A DNA stretch of 64,000 nucleotides from an uncultured Planctomycetia bacterium (GTDB lineage: Bacteria; Omnitrophota; Gorgyraeia; 2-02-FULL-51-18), in the NCBI GenBank assembly GCA_964431835.1, contig CAYSKO010000004.1, positions 7,519-71,518 on the forward strand, read 5' to 3'. Under the pieces are notes generated by a model, which had not been told where the DNA came from, searched no databases, and was given only the letters and a program-made list of their open reading frames with translations. Shown here piece after piece: positions 1 to 12,793 of this stretch (its first letter is position 1; every line of letters starts with the position of its first letter). The position numbers were made by a program, and so were the translations under genes.

Positions 1-458
1 CCGCGCGGTGCGATTTCGCGCGGCGAAGACCCATCTCCAGAGGCAGGTCGAAGAAGAGCGTGAGCTTCGGCACGACGCCGCGAGTCGCGCGGCGGCCGAG
101 CTCCTTGATCCACTTCACGTCCGCTCCGGCGCCGTATCCCTGGTAAGCTACGGTAGCGTCGAGCCAGCGGTCGCAAAGGACGACGACCCCCTCCTTCAGC
201 TTTCCCGCGATCACCTCGTCTACCAGTTGGGCGCGGCTGGCCATATAAAGGAGCACTTCGCACTCGCGCGTCATCCCTTCGTGGCGGTTGTCGAGGAGAA
301 CGACACGAAGCGCGTCGCCGATCCTTGTGCCGCCGGGCTCGCGCGTCAGGAAAACTTTCTTTCCCGCGCGCTCGAGCGCGTCGTGAAGGAGCCGGATTTG
401 GGTGCTCTTTCCGCTGCCGTCGTTGCCTTCGAATGTGACGAGCGTGCCGCGCTTCAAA
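1..458 (-). CDS. tmk: thymidylate kinase (partial; C-terminus lies beyond the window start)
   Basis: Minus-strand translation from TTG at 456-458 (preceded by GGAGG) reads LKRGTLVTFEGNDGSGKSTQIRLLHDALERAG, carrying the Tmk P-loop GxDGxGKST. Absent from the ORF track because the frame runs off the window. Plus-strand ORF 8..514 is its antisense shadow. Confidence 0.8.
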
Positions 459-1890
459 CCTTGAGCCTCCCGATGGTGCGGCCGCCCAAAAGATCGATCA
501 GCTCGACGCCGTGATCGCGGAGAACTCCCTCGCGGATGCCGTCGGCGGCACCGAAGTCCTTCGCGGCCTTCGCGGCGGCGCGGCAGCGGATCGCGTCCTC
601 GATCACGCCCTGGATAGCACGGTTCGATTCCTCCTCCTTGCGGACGATCGCGTCGAAATCGGAGAAAAGATTGAACGCCTTGCCTGCGAGCTCGCGGAGC
701 TTCGCGGCGGCAGCGACGATCTTCGCCGGATCGTTGGTCTTCCGAGCCTGCTTCATGAGCGTCTGCATCGCGGTGATCGCCTCCGGCGTGTTGAAATCGT
801 TGTCCATGCAATTGCGGAAAGGTTCGTCGAAGCCGGCAACCGAAGCGGTGTCGGGCGCGACGCCGGCTTTGGCGAGATCGTGCGCTTCCTGGAAAAAATG
901 GAAGAACCGGCGCCACACCGCGCGCTCCATCGCGAGCTTCTCTTCGGTGAAATCAAGCGCGGCCTCGTAGTGAGTCGAGAGGAACACGAGTTTGAGGACG
1001 TCCGTGACGGATTCGGACGCAGGGATCCGCTTGCCGAACTCCGCGAGCGTGACGAAATTCTTGAGCGACTTCGACATCTTCACCTGGTCGACCGTGATGA
1101 GGCCGTGGTGGATCCAGTAGCGCGCGAGCGGCTTCCCCGAAAGTCCTTCGGACTGCGCGGTTTCGTTCTCGTGGTGCGGAAAAATGAGGTCCCGCCCGCC
1201 GCCGTGGATGTCGAACGATTCCGCGAGGTGCTTCTTCGACATCGCGGAGCATTCGATGTGCCAGCCCGGCCGGCCGTCTCCCCACGGGCTGGGCCACGAG
1301 GGCTCGCCGGGCTTCGCAGATTTCCAAAGAGCGAAATCGAGCGTATCGCGTTTCTTTTCGTTCTTTTCGAGACGCACGTTCTCGATGATCGACTCGATGT
1401 CCTGATGAGAAAGCTGTCCGTAGGAGGAGAACTTGCGGACCTCGAAATAAACGTCCCCGCCGGACGGGTAGGCCAGGCCCTTCAAGATGAGGCCCTCGAT
1501 GATCGCGATCATCTCGCCGATGTGCTCGGTGGCGCGCGGCTCGACGTCGGGCGCGAGGATCCCAAGGCGGTCGAGATCGTTCCGGTACATGTCGTAGTAG
1601 CGGGCGGAGACCTCGCGCGTCTCGGCCACCAGGTCCGCGGGCTTCGATTTCGCGGCCTTCTCGATGATCTTGTCGTCGACGTCGGTCACGTTCCGGACGA
1701 ACCGCACCGCGTAGCCCGAGAACGAGAACCAGCGGCGGATCACGTCGAAGACGTACGCCGAGCGCAGATGTCCCAAATGGGGTTCGTCGTAAACCGTCGG
1801 GCCGCAGACGTACATGCCGACACGGCCCGGCTCGAGCGGTTCGAACGGTTGTTTTTGTTTTTTGAGGGAATTGTAGAATCGGAGCGGCAT
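454..1890 (-). CDS. cysS: cysteine--tRNA ligase
   Basis: 478 aa; class I aaRS motifs HLGH and KMSKS; CysRS-like throughout. Confidence 0.93.
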   Translation of the reverse strand: MPLRFYNSLKKQKQPFEPLEPGRVGMYVCGPTVYDEPHLGHLRSAYVFDVIRRWFSFSGYAVRFVRNVTDVDDKIIEKAAKSKPADLVAETREVSARYYDMYRNDLDRLGILAPDVEPRATEHIGEMIAIIEGLILKGLAYPSGGDVYFEVRKFSSYGQLSHQDIESIIENVRLEKNEKKRDTLDFALWKSAKPGEPSWPSPWGDGRPGWHIECSAMSKKHLAESFDIHGGGRDLIFPHHENETAQSEGLSGKPLARYWIHHGLITVDQVKMSKSLKNFVTLAEFGKRIPASESVTDVLKLVFLSTHYEAALDFTEEKLAMERAVWRRFFHFFQEAHDLAKAGVAPDTASVAGFDEPFRNCMDNDFNTPEAITAMQTLMKQARKTNDPAKIVAAAAKLRELAGKAFNLFSDFDAIVRKEEESNRAIQGVIEDAIRCRAAAKAAKDFGAADGIREGVLRDHGVELIDLLGGRTIGRLKV

Positions 1891-1895
1891 AAGCC

Positions 1896-2615
1896 TTACT
1901 TGGAGGAACCTTTATCCCTCTCGAAATCCTTGAGTTCTTTTTCGATCTCCGCGATCTCGCGGTGGAGCTTGTCGAGGGCCTGCGTGAGAGGATCCGGCAG
2001 GCTCGTGTAATCCAGATTGGTGCCGCTGACGCGTTTACCCTCGCGGCGCGCGACGCGGCCGGGAACGCCGACAACGGTCGAATTCGGCGGCACGTCCTTC
2101 AGGACCACGGCGTTCGCGCCGACCGAAACGTTGTCTCCGATCGTGATGTTGCCGAGCACTTTCGCGCCTGCGCCGATGACGACGTTGTTTCCGATCGTCG
2201 GATGGCGCTTTCCCTTTTCCTTGCCGGTGCCGCCCAGCGTCGCGCCCTGGAAGATCGTCACGTTGTCGCCGACCACGGAAGTCTCTCCAATCACGACTCC
2301 CATTCCGTGGTCGATGAAAAAGCCCTTCCCGATCGTCGCGCCGGGATGGATCTCGATGCCGGTAAAGAAGCGTCCGATCTGCGAGATCGTGCGGGCGAAA
2401 AACGGCATGTTCGAGCGGTGAAAGAAATTACCGAGCCGGTGATAGAAGAGCGCGTGGATGCCCGGGTAGCTCAGGATGATCGTAAGACTGCCCGTGGCCG
2501 CGGGGTCCCGCTCCAAGGTCGCCTTGATCTCGTCCGCGAAAAAAAGGCGGTAAACGAGGATCTTGAACACGCCGAACGCCAAAAGGATGCAAAGCAGGTT
2601 GAGCACGAATTCCAT
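1896..2615 (-). CDS. cysE: serine O-acetyltransferase
   Basis: Internal ATG at 2613-2615 overlaps the ispDF stop (TGATG). C-terminal 220 aa closely resemble short Bacillus-type CysE (hexapeptide repeats, DPAA...YPG...HR). The ORF-track entry 1896..3008 over-extends upstream. An alternative GTG start about 15 codons downstream is possible. Confidence 0.85.
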   Translation of the reverse strand: MEFVLNLLCILLAFGVFKILVYRLFFADEIKATLERDPAATGSLTIILSYPGIHALFYHRLGNFFHRSNMPFFARTISQIGRFFTGIEIHPGATIGKGFFIDHGMGVVIGETSVVGDNVTIFQGATLGGTGKEKGKRHPTIGNNVVIGAGAKVLGNITIGDNVSVGANAVVLKDVPPNSTVVGVPGRVARREGKRVSGTNLDYTSLPDPLTQALDKLHREIAEIEKELKDFERDKGSSK

Positions 2616-3778
2616 CAGACTCTCCCGTTCTTCGGCGCGAGCGTCACGACCGCGTGGCAGGCGATCGCTTCGCCGCGGCCGAGCTCTCCGAAACCTTCGT
2701 TCGTTTTGCCCTTCACGGAGACGCTGGAAATCGGCAAGCCGAACACGGCCGCGACGTTCCGGCGCATCGCCGTCTTGTACGGACCCAGCTTCGGCGCTTC
2801 CGCGATGACGACCGAATCCACGTGCGCGACCCGGAATCCGCGTTTCAGGAGGAGCTTCGAGACGCCGACCGCGAAACGGTCGCCGGAGACGCCCTTCGTG
2901 CGGGCTTCCCCTGGCGGAAAATGATCGCCGATGTCGCCCTCGCCGAGGGCGCCTAGAGCGGCGTCGACGATCGCGTGCCAGAGCGCGTCCCCGTCCGAAT
3001 GACCCCACAGACCTTTCGGGTAAGGGATTGTGACGCCGCCCAACACCAGTGGACGGCCTTCCTTAAGCGGATGAATGTCGTACCCGATACCGACTCGCAC
3101 GGACGTCTCCTCTTCCGAGAGACGGCCGAACTGCGCGGCGTCCTCGGGTGTCGTGATCTTCACGTTGCCAGACTCGCCCGGCACCACGGCGACGCGGACG
3201 TTGGAGCCGTCAAAGAGAGCCGCCTCGTCGGTGGCCGCGCCGGCGCGCTTTCCGAGCGCGCGGTATCTCGAAACCAAAAGATCTTTCCGGAAGACCTGCG
3301 GCGTCTGCGCGAGCCAGAGCGATTCGCGGTCCTCGGTGCCGGTGACGCGGCCCGCGCGCGAGACGCGCTTCACGGTCGCAGTAGCGGGAACGGCGGCCAG
3401 TGCGGCTCCGGTTTCCTTCGCTTTGGCGATCACGCGGCGGACGAGCGGAACACTCGCGAACGGCCGAGCCGCGTCGTGCACGAGCACCCAATCCGCACCG
3501 GCCGCCTCGAACACGGCGTTTCGAACCGATTCTGCCCGCGTACGGCCGCCGGGCACGACACGCGCCGCGATTCCGGCTTCGGCGAGCAATTTTTCCGTTT
3601 CCGCGACACGCTCACGCTCGACAGCGACGAGCGTTTCCGTGAAACGGTGCGCGGCCGAGAGACGCTCGAGCGTATGGACGAGGAGGGCTTTTCCGGCGAA
3701 TCGGACGAACGCTTTGGGAATTTTGGATCCGAACCGCGTGCCCTTCCCCGCGGCCGGGACGACCGCGGTGATCTTCAT
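2615..3778 (-). CDS. ispDF: bifunctional 2-C-methyl-D-erythritol 4-phosphate cytidylyltransferase / 2-C-methyl-D-erythritol 2,4-cyclodiphosphate synthase
   Basis: 387 aa; N-terminal IspD fold ([17 protein letters not shown]) fused to a C-terminal IspF (GIGYDIHPL...GHSDGD). Confidence 0.9.
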   Translation of the reverse strand: MKITAVVPAAGKGTRFGSKIPKAFVRFAGKALLVHTLERLSAAHRFTETLVAVERERVAETEKLLAEAGIAARVVPGGRTRAESVRNAVFEAAGADWVLVHDAARPFASVPLVRRVIAKAKETGAALAAVPATATVKRVSRAGRVTGTEDRESLWLAQTPQVFRKDLLVSRYRALGKRAGAATDEAALFDGSNVRVAVVPGESGNVKITTPEDAAQFGRLSEEETSVRVGIGYDIHPLKEGRPLVLGGVTIPYPKGLWGHSDGDALWHAIVDAALGALGEGDIGDHFPPGEARTKGVSGDRFAVGVSKLLLKRGFRVAHVDSVVIAEAPKLGPYKTAMRRNVAAVFGLPISSVSVKGKTNEGFGELGRGEAIACHAVVTLAPKNGRV

Positions 3779-4779
3779 TCCGCGGCCGGTCGCGGCGTTT
3801 CGATCTTGCCGAAGATCATACGGCCCGCCGCGGTCTGGAGCACCGAGGTCACGACGATCCGCTGCACGCTTCCAAGAAGACGTTTGGCGGAGTCGACGAC
3901 GACCATCGTTCCGTCCTCGAGATAACCGATCGCCTGGTCGCGCTCCTTGCCTTCCTTCACGAGGCGCACTTCGAGTTCCTCGCCTGGAAGCACGACCGGA
4001 CGCAGCGCGTTGGCGAGCTCGTTGATGTTAAGAATGGTAACGCCCTGCAGCTCCGCGATCTTGTTCAAATTATAGTCGTTCGTGAGTACCTTGGCGCCGA
4101 GGACCTTCCCCATCTTCACGAGCTTCTCGTCGACCGTGCCGATCTCCGGGAAATCCTCCTCATCGATCTTCACGTTCACGATCTTGTTCATCTTATTGAG
4201 GACGTCGAGGCCGCGGCGGCCGCGCGTGCGCTTGAGCGAGTCCTGCGAGTCGGCCACCTGCTGCAGCTCCTTCAGGACGAAGCGCGGCACCACGAAACGG
4301 CCTTCGATGAAACGTGTCTGGCACAGATCCAGAATACGGCCGTCGATGATCACGCTCGTGTCGAGAAGGAGCACTGCGTCTTTCTGATCCTGGCGGTCGA
4401 ATTTCACGTACGGGATGATCAGATTGAACTCGTCCCGGCCGCGCATCGTGAAGATGACGCCGACGTACGAGAAAATGATCACGAGAACGAGCTTGAGAGC
4501 CGAGGCCACAGCCTGATCGAGCTCCGGAATCAGGTCGATCGCGCCGGCCAGGAAACGGGACATAATGAAAGCGAGGATGAGGCCGAAGACGGCAGCCGAA
4601 AGACCGCGAAGGGACACTTTGCCGAGGGCGTGTTCGAAAAAGATGACCGTGACGGAAACCGCAAGACCGACGCCCGTACCGATCAGCGAGCCCTCGACGC
4701 CCTTGAACGCGAGCCCGAGCTGGTAACCGATGACGATACAGAGAAGGATGAAAAGTGCGCGAAAAAAACCGAAAGGCAT
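3775..4779 (-). CDS. PIN/TRAM domain membrane protein (YacL-like)
   Basis: N-terminal transmembrane helices, PIN-like core (LLLDTSVIIDGRILDL) and C-terminal TRAM-like beta region. Sits beside ispD as in the Bacillus yacL-ispD arrangement. Confidence 0.7.
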   Translation of the reverse strand: MPFGFFRALFILLCIVIGYQLGLAFKGVEGSLIGTGVGLAVSVTVIFFEHALGKVSLRGLSAAVFGLILAFIMSRFLAGAIDLIPELDQAVASALKLVLVIIFSYVGVIFTMRGRDEFNLIIPYVKFDRQDQKDAVLLLDTSVIIDGRILDLCQTRFIEGRFVVPRFVLKELQQVADSQDSLKRTRGRRGLDVLNKMNKIVNVKIDEEDFPEIGTVDEKLVKMGKVLGAKVLTNDYNLNKIAELQGVTILNINELANALRPVVLPGEELEVRLVKEGKERDQAIGYLEDGTMVVVDSAKRLLGSVQRIVVTSVLQTAAGRMIFGKIETPRPAAE

Positions 4780-4782
4780 CCG

Positions 4783-5538
4783 CTATTTCCTCTTGAGGAG
4801 CTTCCAGGGGTGGGCCTTGATGTCCTTCACGAAGGCCTCGAGATCGCGCGCGATAGTGTCGTCCTTAAGAAGGCGCCCGACCGTCCCTTCGCCGTCGCGC
4901 AGGCGCGCGGTGACGACGCGGAGCGATTCGGCCGCTTCTTTCAGATCCGCGCTCGCTTCGTGCAGGTCCTTGAGCACCGCGTCCGCGCTTCCGAAAGCGC
5001 CCTCGGCTTTGCCGAACGTGCCGCGCACGGTGTTCTGGAACGTCGGATCGGCGACGACGTGATTCACGTTGTCGACCGTGTACTCGATTTTTTGGACCAG
5101 GCGGTTGCCCGACTCGGTAAGCTTTTCCATGTTAACCGGCTCGCGGCCGACGAGCGTTCCACCGTCCGATAAAACGCGCTTGCCGGCCGTGCCCGGGGTG
5201 ATTTCGACGTATTTCTCGCCGAGAAGCCCGAGACTCGATATCCGGATCTCGGCGTCGTCCTCGACGTACGCGCCTTGGGCTATCCAGGCGCCGATCTCGA
5301 CCTGCGTCTCGCCGTCGCGGCTGCGGATGACCTTGATATCCTTCACTTCGCCGACCGGGACGCCGGCCAGGCGCACGGGAGAACCGTTCTCGATCCCGCT
5401 CACGGAATCGAACATGAAACGGACGGTGTAGCCGGGTTTCAGACTGAAATCGCCCGCTTTGACGACGAGCCACGCAAGGGCGACAAGAGACGCAAGCACG
5501 AACACCCCGACCTTAAATTCAAGGTTGGACTTCTTCAT
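4783..5538 (-). CDS. mlaD: MCE-domain protein MlaD (phospholipid ABC transport, periplasmic substrate-binding component)
   Basis: 251 aa, N-terminal TM anchor plus a single MCE domain; follows the mlaF/mlaE genes. Confidence 0.8.
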   Translation of the reverse strand: MKKSNLEFKVGVFVLASLVALAWLVVKAGDFSLKPGYTVRFMFDSVSGIENGSPVRLAGVPVGEVKDIKVIRSRDGETQVEIGAWIAQGAYVEDDAEIRISSLGLLGEKYVEITPGTAGKRVLSDGGTLVGREPVNMEKLTESGNRLVQKIEYTVDNVNHVVADPTFQNTVRGTFGKAEGAFGSADAVLKDLHEASADLKEAAESLRVVTARLRDGEGTVGRLLKDDTIARDLEAFVKDIKAHPWKLLKRK

Positions 5539-5620
5539 CCGACTTGTCCTTTCCTCCTGTTTCCCATAGGGTTACAACACGGTCCTATTGTGCCCGAAAA
5601 GTAGGGCGAAGCAAAGCCCT

Positions 5621-6421
5621 TTAAGCGCCGGGCTCCGGCACGGGACGACCTTCGACCGATTCGAGACTCTTGAACTGGATGTCCGAGATCGGCCCAGTGG
5701 CCGAACCCGTTATAAATTGGCGGACGATGGGGTCGTCCGTGTTCCGGATCTCTTCCGGCTTACCCAAACGGATGATCCGGCCTTGGTACATCATGGCGAT
5801 GCGGGTTCCGATCTTGTAGGCGCTGGTCATGTCGTGGGTGACCGCCACTGACGTGACGTGAAGCTTGTCGTGGAGAGAGACGATGAGGTCGTTGATCGCG
5901 TCCGCCATGATGGGGTCGAGGCCCGTGGTGGGCTCGTCGTAAAGAAGGAACTCGGGGCGCATGCAGATCGCGCGCGCAAGCGCGACGCGCTTTTTCATGC
6001 CACCCGAGAGCTCCGACGGCTTGAGTTCGTGGATACCCTTAAGGCCGACGAGCTCGAGCGATTCCTCGACGCGTTCGCGGATGGCTCGGGAGGAAAGCGT
6101 CGTGTGCTCGAGGAGCCCGAAACCCACATTCTCCCCCACCGTCATCGAATCAAAGAGTGCGGAGAACTGAAAAAGCATACCAAACCGCATGCGAAGCTGG
6201 TTCCACTGCTTGCCGGAATAATGGGTAGTCGACTGGCCGTCGACAAGGATTTCCCCGTCGTCCGGCTTGAGAAGGCCGATCATATGTTTGAGGAGAACAC
6301 TCTTGCCGCAGCCCGAGCGGCCGATGATCACGAGCGTCTCTCCTTTTTCGACCTTGAGGTCGATCTTGTTCAGGATTTGTTTGCCGCGGAACGACTTGGA
6401 AACCTTCCGGACGTCGATCAT
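5621..6421 (-). CDS. mlaF: ABC transporter ATP-binding protein MlaF
   Basis: Walker A GRSGCGKS, ABC signature LSGGMKKRVALAR, Walker B LLYDEPT. Confidence 0.85.
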   Translation of the reverse strand: MIDVRKVSKSFRGKQILNKIDLKVEKGETLVIIGRSGCGKSVLLKHMIGLLKPDDGEILVDGQSTTHYSGKQWNQLRMRFGMLFQFSALFDSMTVGENVGFGLLEHTTLSSRAIRERVEESLELVGLKGIHELKPSELSGGMKKRVALARAICMRPEFLLYDEPTTGLDPIMADAINDLIVSLHDKLHVTSVAVTHDMTSAYKIGTRIAMMYQGRIIRLGKPEEIRNTDDPIVRQFITGSATGPISDIQFKSLESVEGRPVPEPGA

Positions 6422-7191
6422 AGGAAGTAGAACATGATCGTGAAGACCGCGTCCGAAACGATGATGAGGATGAACGACGTCACGACCGCGCGCGTGGTGG
6501 CCTGCCCGACCCCTTCGGCGCCGCCCTCGACGCGCATGCCCTCATAGCAGGCGACCGTGCAGATGATGGAAGCGAAAATAAGCGTCTTGAAGAGCCCAGA
6601 GAAAATGTCCTTCAGGACGAGCGGGAGGAAGGTCATCTTCATGTACATGGTGTGAGAGAGCCCGAGCTTGTAAACCCCGACGAGGTAACCGCCGCAGATG
6701 CCGACGAAGTCCGCGTAGATGGTGAGAAGCGGCAGCATGGTGAAAAGCGCGATGAAGCGCGGCGCAACCAGATACTTGATCGGGTTCGTCGCGAGAGTCT
6801 CGAGCGCGTCGATCTGCTCGGTCACCTTCATGGAGCCGAGTTCCGCCGCGATGGACGCGCCGACGCGGCCGGCGACGACGAGTGCAGTCAGGATCGGCCC
6901 GATCTCGCGCGTCATGGAGATGGCGACCAGGCTCGGAATGTACATTTCGGCATTCACCTTCTGCATCTGGTAGGCGCTTTGAAACGCGATGACGACGCCG
7001 ATGAAGAAAGCCGTGAGGGTCGAGATAAGGAAGGAGTCCACGCCGATCTTCACCATCTGCTCGACCAGCTGACGAGAGCGGAACGGAGGCATGGCGATCC
7101 AGAAAAGGGTCTTTAAGAGGAGCGTGAAAACGCCACCGGCGTACTCGACCGCGTCGACGGCGCGGCGCCCCACTGAAACGACGGCGCGCAT
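6418..7191 (-). CDS. mlaE: ABC transporter permease MlaE
   Basis: 257 aa polytopic permease of the MlaE/YrbE family; 4-nt overlap with mlaF. Confidence 0.82.
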   Translation of the reverse strand: MRAVVSVGRRAVDAVEYAGGVFTLLLKTLFWIAMPPFRSRQLVEQMVKIGVDSFLISTLTAFFIGVVIAFQSAYQMQKVNAEMYIPSLVAISMTREIGPILTALVVAGRVGASIAAELGSMKVTEQIDALETLATNPIKYLVAPRFIALFTMLPLLTIYADFVGICGGYLVGVYKLGLSHTMYMKMTFLPLVLKDIFSGLFKTLIFASIICTVACYEGMRVEGGAEGVGQATTRAVVTSFILIIVSDAVFTIMFYFL

Positions 7192-8629
7192 CAGAATTTC
7201 AACTTTCGTTCCACACCCACGAATTCCTCCCCTTCACGGACCTCGAACTTGAGCGCGTCGCGCGACTGGAGCCTGTACTCGAAACCGACCCCGACCCCCC
7301 GGCGCTCGTCGGAACGGAGGCCGTCCGCCCGCGGCACGTCGTCCTCTACGTTAGTACGGCGAAGCTGAAGCCGCGCATTATCCCCAAACGACCTCTGCAT
7401 GAGAAGGTCCGAACGGTCGCCCTTGCCTTTGGAGCGCGTGAGCTCCCAATCTCCCCAGACAACCGAATCCTGCTGGGCTTCGGACACGAGCGTGCGGTAC
7501 GTGCGCTCCCGGAACACGTCCGAGGCCTCGAACGTGCGGTCGGCGAAACGCATCGCGGTGCCGTCCTTGAGAAGAAGCCTCGAATCGTACAGTCGGAGGG
7601 TCGGGTACACGCCCTCGAAGGAAAGATCCATGGCCTCGAACGGGCGGCGCGATATCCAGCCGTTCCGGATGCGGGCGCGGCCGTCGTAGGACGGGTTGAG
7701 CGGGTCGCCCCACACGCGCAGGTCGAACGTCACGGAACCCGGCACGGAAAGACCTTTCGAGAGATTGAAAAGCGGGTCCAAGTTCGCGAGGCTGTATTCG
7801 TCCGCCGCGACGGCCCAGCGCACCTCGTCGTCGTCAAGGCGGTATTCGGCCGCAAAATCGATCCCGCCGAAAAGGTCCTCGGAGCGCACGTTGAAAAGAT
7901 GGCGGGAAAGCTCGAATTCGAAACGCGTCTCGTACGGAAGCGGGCGCCAATTGACCACCGTCCCTTCCGTCATGACCGTTCCCGTGAGCGAATCGTCGCG
8001 CGCGTCGGCGGCGGCGAGGAAGCGGGCTTCGACGACGACCTCGGTCGAGACGTCGAACGCGGCCATCTCGAAATGGTGGACCGCCATTTCCGCCCGGAGC
8101 CGTCCACCCTCAAAGCGGAGGTCTATCGGTCCGAAACGGCGGGCGCCGAATTCGAATTCCGCTCCCTCCGCGTGAATGACGACGTCCCGACCGCGAGTCA
8201 CGGCGGCACGGCGCATCCAGGTGAGGATCGGAAGGTCTCGGCGGAGCACGCGGAAGCGGGGTTCCCAGCGCAGGCGCGGCGAACGAAGCTCGATTTGAAC
8301 CTTGGCCACCGGGTCTTTCGAAATGAGATCGAGGAGGCGGTAGCGTAGGAGGATTTCTCTGCACTCGAAAAGGACGATGCGTCCGCCGGCCGAAGGCTCG
8401 CTAATTTCGAGGTCCTCGATCCTGACGAGGCCCGGGAAGCGTCCGCTCACGCGGCCGAAGCGCACGTCAAGGCCGGTCCCGCGGGCGATGGTGGTTTCGA
8501 TGCGGGAGACAAAGGCTTCGAAGACCGCCTCCTTCCTCAGGTGGAGAAAGGCCGCGGCGGCCGCGAACGCGGCCAGCGCCAAGAGCCAGCGCGCGGCCTT
8601 GCGTTTACGCTTGCCGGCGAGAGCCGATT

Positions 8630-8633
<4 letters not shown>
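7191..8633 (-). CDS. hypothetical membrane-anchored protein, co-operonic with mlaE/mlaF/mlaD
   Basis: 480 aa; N-terminal K/R-rich segment plus TM helix (LLALAAFAAAAAFL); Arg/Glu-rich body; C-terminus ends ...ERKLKF. Stop overlaps the mlaE start and start overlaps the clpC stop. No family recognised by eye. Confidence 0.5.
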
Positions 8634-11116
<2,483 letters not shown>

Positions 11117-11140
11117 GGGATGGGGTCTCCGTTACAAATG

Positions 11141-11146
11141 ATTATA
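11141..11146 (-). promoter_or_regulatory. possible -10 element (TATAAT on minus strand) in the 68-nt mcsB-clpC gap
   Basis: Exact TATAAT hexamer 25 nt upstream of the clpC ATG. No convincing -35 and no CtsR-like direct repeat seen. Confidence 0.25.
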
Positions 11147-11184
11147 AAGGAACAGCCCAAAGAAAGCTAGATTCTTGCCTTTTT

Positions 11185-12237
11185 TTAGCGTCCCTCGAGG
11201 CGGCGGCGGATCAGATTGGCCCGCTTCACGTCCCTTTGGGCGGAGCTTAAGATCCGCCCTTCGATCTTCTGGAGGTGGGCCGGCTGGGTCAGGATAAAGA
11301 GCTCGTTCACGGCCCGGCGGTCGATTTCGGCGAGAATTCCCATGTCCACGCCCAGGCGAACCATGGAAAGGAGGCCCAGGGTTTCCTTGGTGTTGATGAT
11401 GTGGGCGCTCTTCAGCGTCCCGTTCGAGCGCCAGATTTTGTCCTGCAGCATCTCGCGGTTCTGCTTCATGATCGTCTTTCGCGCGTTCTCCTCGTGTCCG
11501 ATCACCTGCCGGATGATGCGCTCCAGGTTGTCGATGATGTCCTCTTCGGAAGAGCCGAGCGTGACCTGGTTCGAGATTTGGAAGAAATTTCCCTCGGCCT
11601 CCGTGCCCTCGCCATAAAGGCCGCGCGCGGTCATGCCGAGCTTCGTGATCGCCTGTAGGACGCGGCTGATCTGTTTGGTCATGACGAGCGACGGTAAATG
11701 AAGCATTACGGAGGCGCGCAGGCCGGTGCCGGTGTTCGTTGGGCACGCGGTGAGGTAGCCCCAATCAGGATGAAACGCGAACTGCGCGCGCTTATGGAGC
11801 GCGTCGTCGACGCGGTTGGCGATGCGCCAGCATTCCTGCAGATTGAAGCCGGACTGCATGACCTGGATCCGGAGGTGGTCCTCCTCGTTGATCATGATGT
11901 TGACCACTTCCTTGTCGCCGATCACCACCGACTTGAACTCGGGGTGCACGATATGCTCGCGGCTGATAAGGTGCCGCTCGAGCAGGAACTGCTTGTCGAC
12001 GTCGTCGATCTCGGCCATGCGGACCGCCAAGCCGTTTTTCATGTACTCGGTGGAAAGAACCCCTTCCTCGAGCCGCTCGAGCGTCTCCTTCTCCTGCTTC
12101 TTGGTCGCCCAGTGCGAGAAGGGATACTTGTCGAGGTTGCGCGCGAGCCGGACCCGCGAGCTCATCACGATGTCGGAATTGGGGCCGGTGCCGCGAAGCC
12201 ATTCGCACGTCTGGCGGATCAGGTGGTCTACTTTCAT
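11185..12237 (-). CDS. mcsB: protein arginine kinase McsB (ATP:guanido phosphotransferase)
   Basis: 350 aa; guanido-kinase signature around LTACPTNTGTGLRASV. Confidence 0.85.
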   Translation of the reverse strand: MKVDHLIRQTCEWLRGTGPNSDIVMSSRVRLARNLDKYPFSHWATKKQEKETLERLEEGVLSTEYMKNGLAVRMAEIDDVDKQFLLERHLISREHIVHPEFKSVVIGDKEVVNIMINEEDHLRIQVMQSGFNLQECWRIANRVDDALHKRAQFAFHPDWGYLTACPTNTGTGLRASVMLHLPSLVMTKQISRVLQAITKLGMTARGLYGEGTEAEGNFFQISNQVTLGSSEEDIIDNLERIIRQVIGHEENARKTIMKQNREMLQDKIWRSNGTLKSAHIINTKETLGLLSMVRLGVDMGILAEIDRRAVNELFILTQPAHLQKIEGRILSSAQRDVKRANLIRRRLEGR

Positions 12238-12785
12238 GCGACTCCGCCTTTCTCGCCGGTCTTCTGCTGTTCCTTGATCTTTTTCTCGAGGAACTTGATC
12301 TTGTCGCGCAGCGTCGCCGCTTCTTCGAACTCCTCTTTCTTGACGGCTTTCAAGAGGTCTTGTTTGGCGGCGTCGAGCTCCTCGGCGAGCTTCACCGAGA
12401 GCTTCACTTCCTTCATCGCGACGGGGCTCGGCGACTTCCCGCCGTGCTGGTTCGAGCCGTGGATTCGTTTTAAAAGCGGCAGGAGGCTGACTTTAAACGC
12501 GCCATAGCACTCGCCGCAGCCGAGGCGGCCGATCTTCTTGAAGTCTTCGTAGGTGAGGCCGCACTGCGGGCATTTGTTCTTGGGAGGGGCGGCTCCGGGA
12601 ACGGCCGGCTCCTGCTCGACGTCCGAGAGCGCAGCCAGAAGGTCGGCGATGCCGAAGTGCTGCTCGACATCGGAGCCCTTCTGCTTGGCGCAGCCCTCGC
12701 AGAGATTGAGCTTCGTGATCTGCTCGTTGATGATCTCGGTCAGGTGGACCGTCGCCTTGTTTTTACCGCACTCGTCGCAGAGCAT
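12234..12785 (-). CDS. mcsA: McsA, activator of protein arginine kinase (4x CxxC zinc fingers + UVR-like motif)
   Basis: Internal ATG at 12783-12785 gives a 183-aa protein with CDEC...CEGC...CPQC...CGEC and a C-terminal UVR-like coiled coil. The track ORF 12234..13145 over-extends. Confidence 0.78.
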   Translation of the reverse strand: MLCDECGKNKATVHLTEIINEQITKLNLCEGCAKQKGSDVEQHFGIADLLAALSDVEQEPAVPGAAPPKNKCPQCGLTYEDFKKIGRLGCGECYGAFKVSLLPLLKRIHGSNQHGGKSPSPVAMKEVKLSVKLAEELDAAKQDLLKAVKKEEFEEAATLRDKIKFLEKKIKEQQKTGEKGGVA

Positions 12786-12793
12786 CGATTCCT

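Noticed and set aside
8-2074. Long plus-strand ORFs (8..514, 511..2010, 536..970, and the alternative-frame minus ORF 953..2074) over the tmk/cysS region
   Set aside because: They are antisense or alternative-frame shadows of clearly identifiable minus-strand genes (tmk P-loop, CysRS HIGH/KMSKS). They have Arg/Ala/Pro-rich low-complexity composition typical of high-GC shadow ORFs. The same applies to most plus-strand track ORFs across the window.
11117-11184. CtsR operator (direct heptad repeat GGTCAAA-NAN-GGTCAAA) in the mcsB-clpC gap or upstream of mcsA
   Set aside because: No such repeat is visible. Only an isolated TATAAT hexamer is present. No ctsR gene lies in the cluster.
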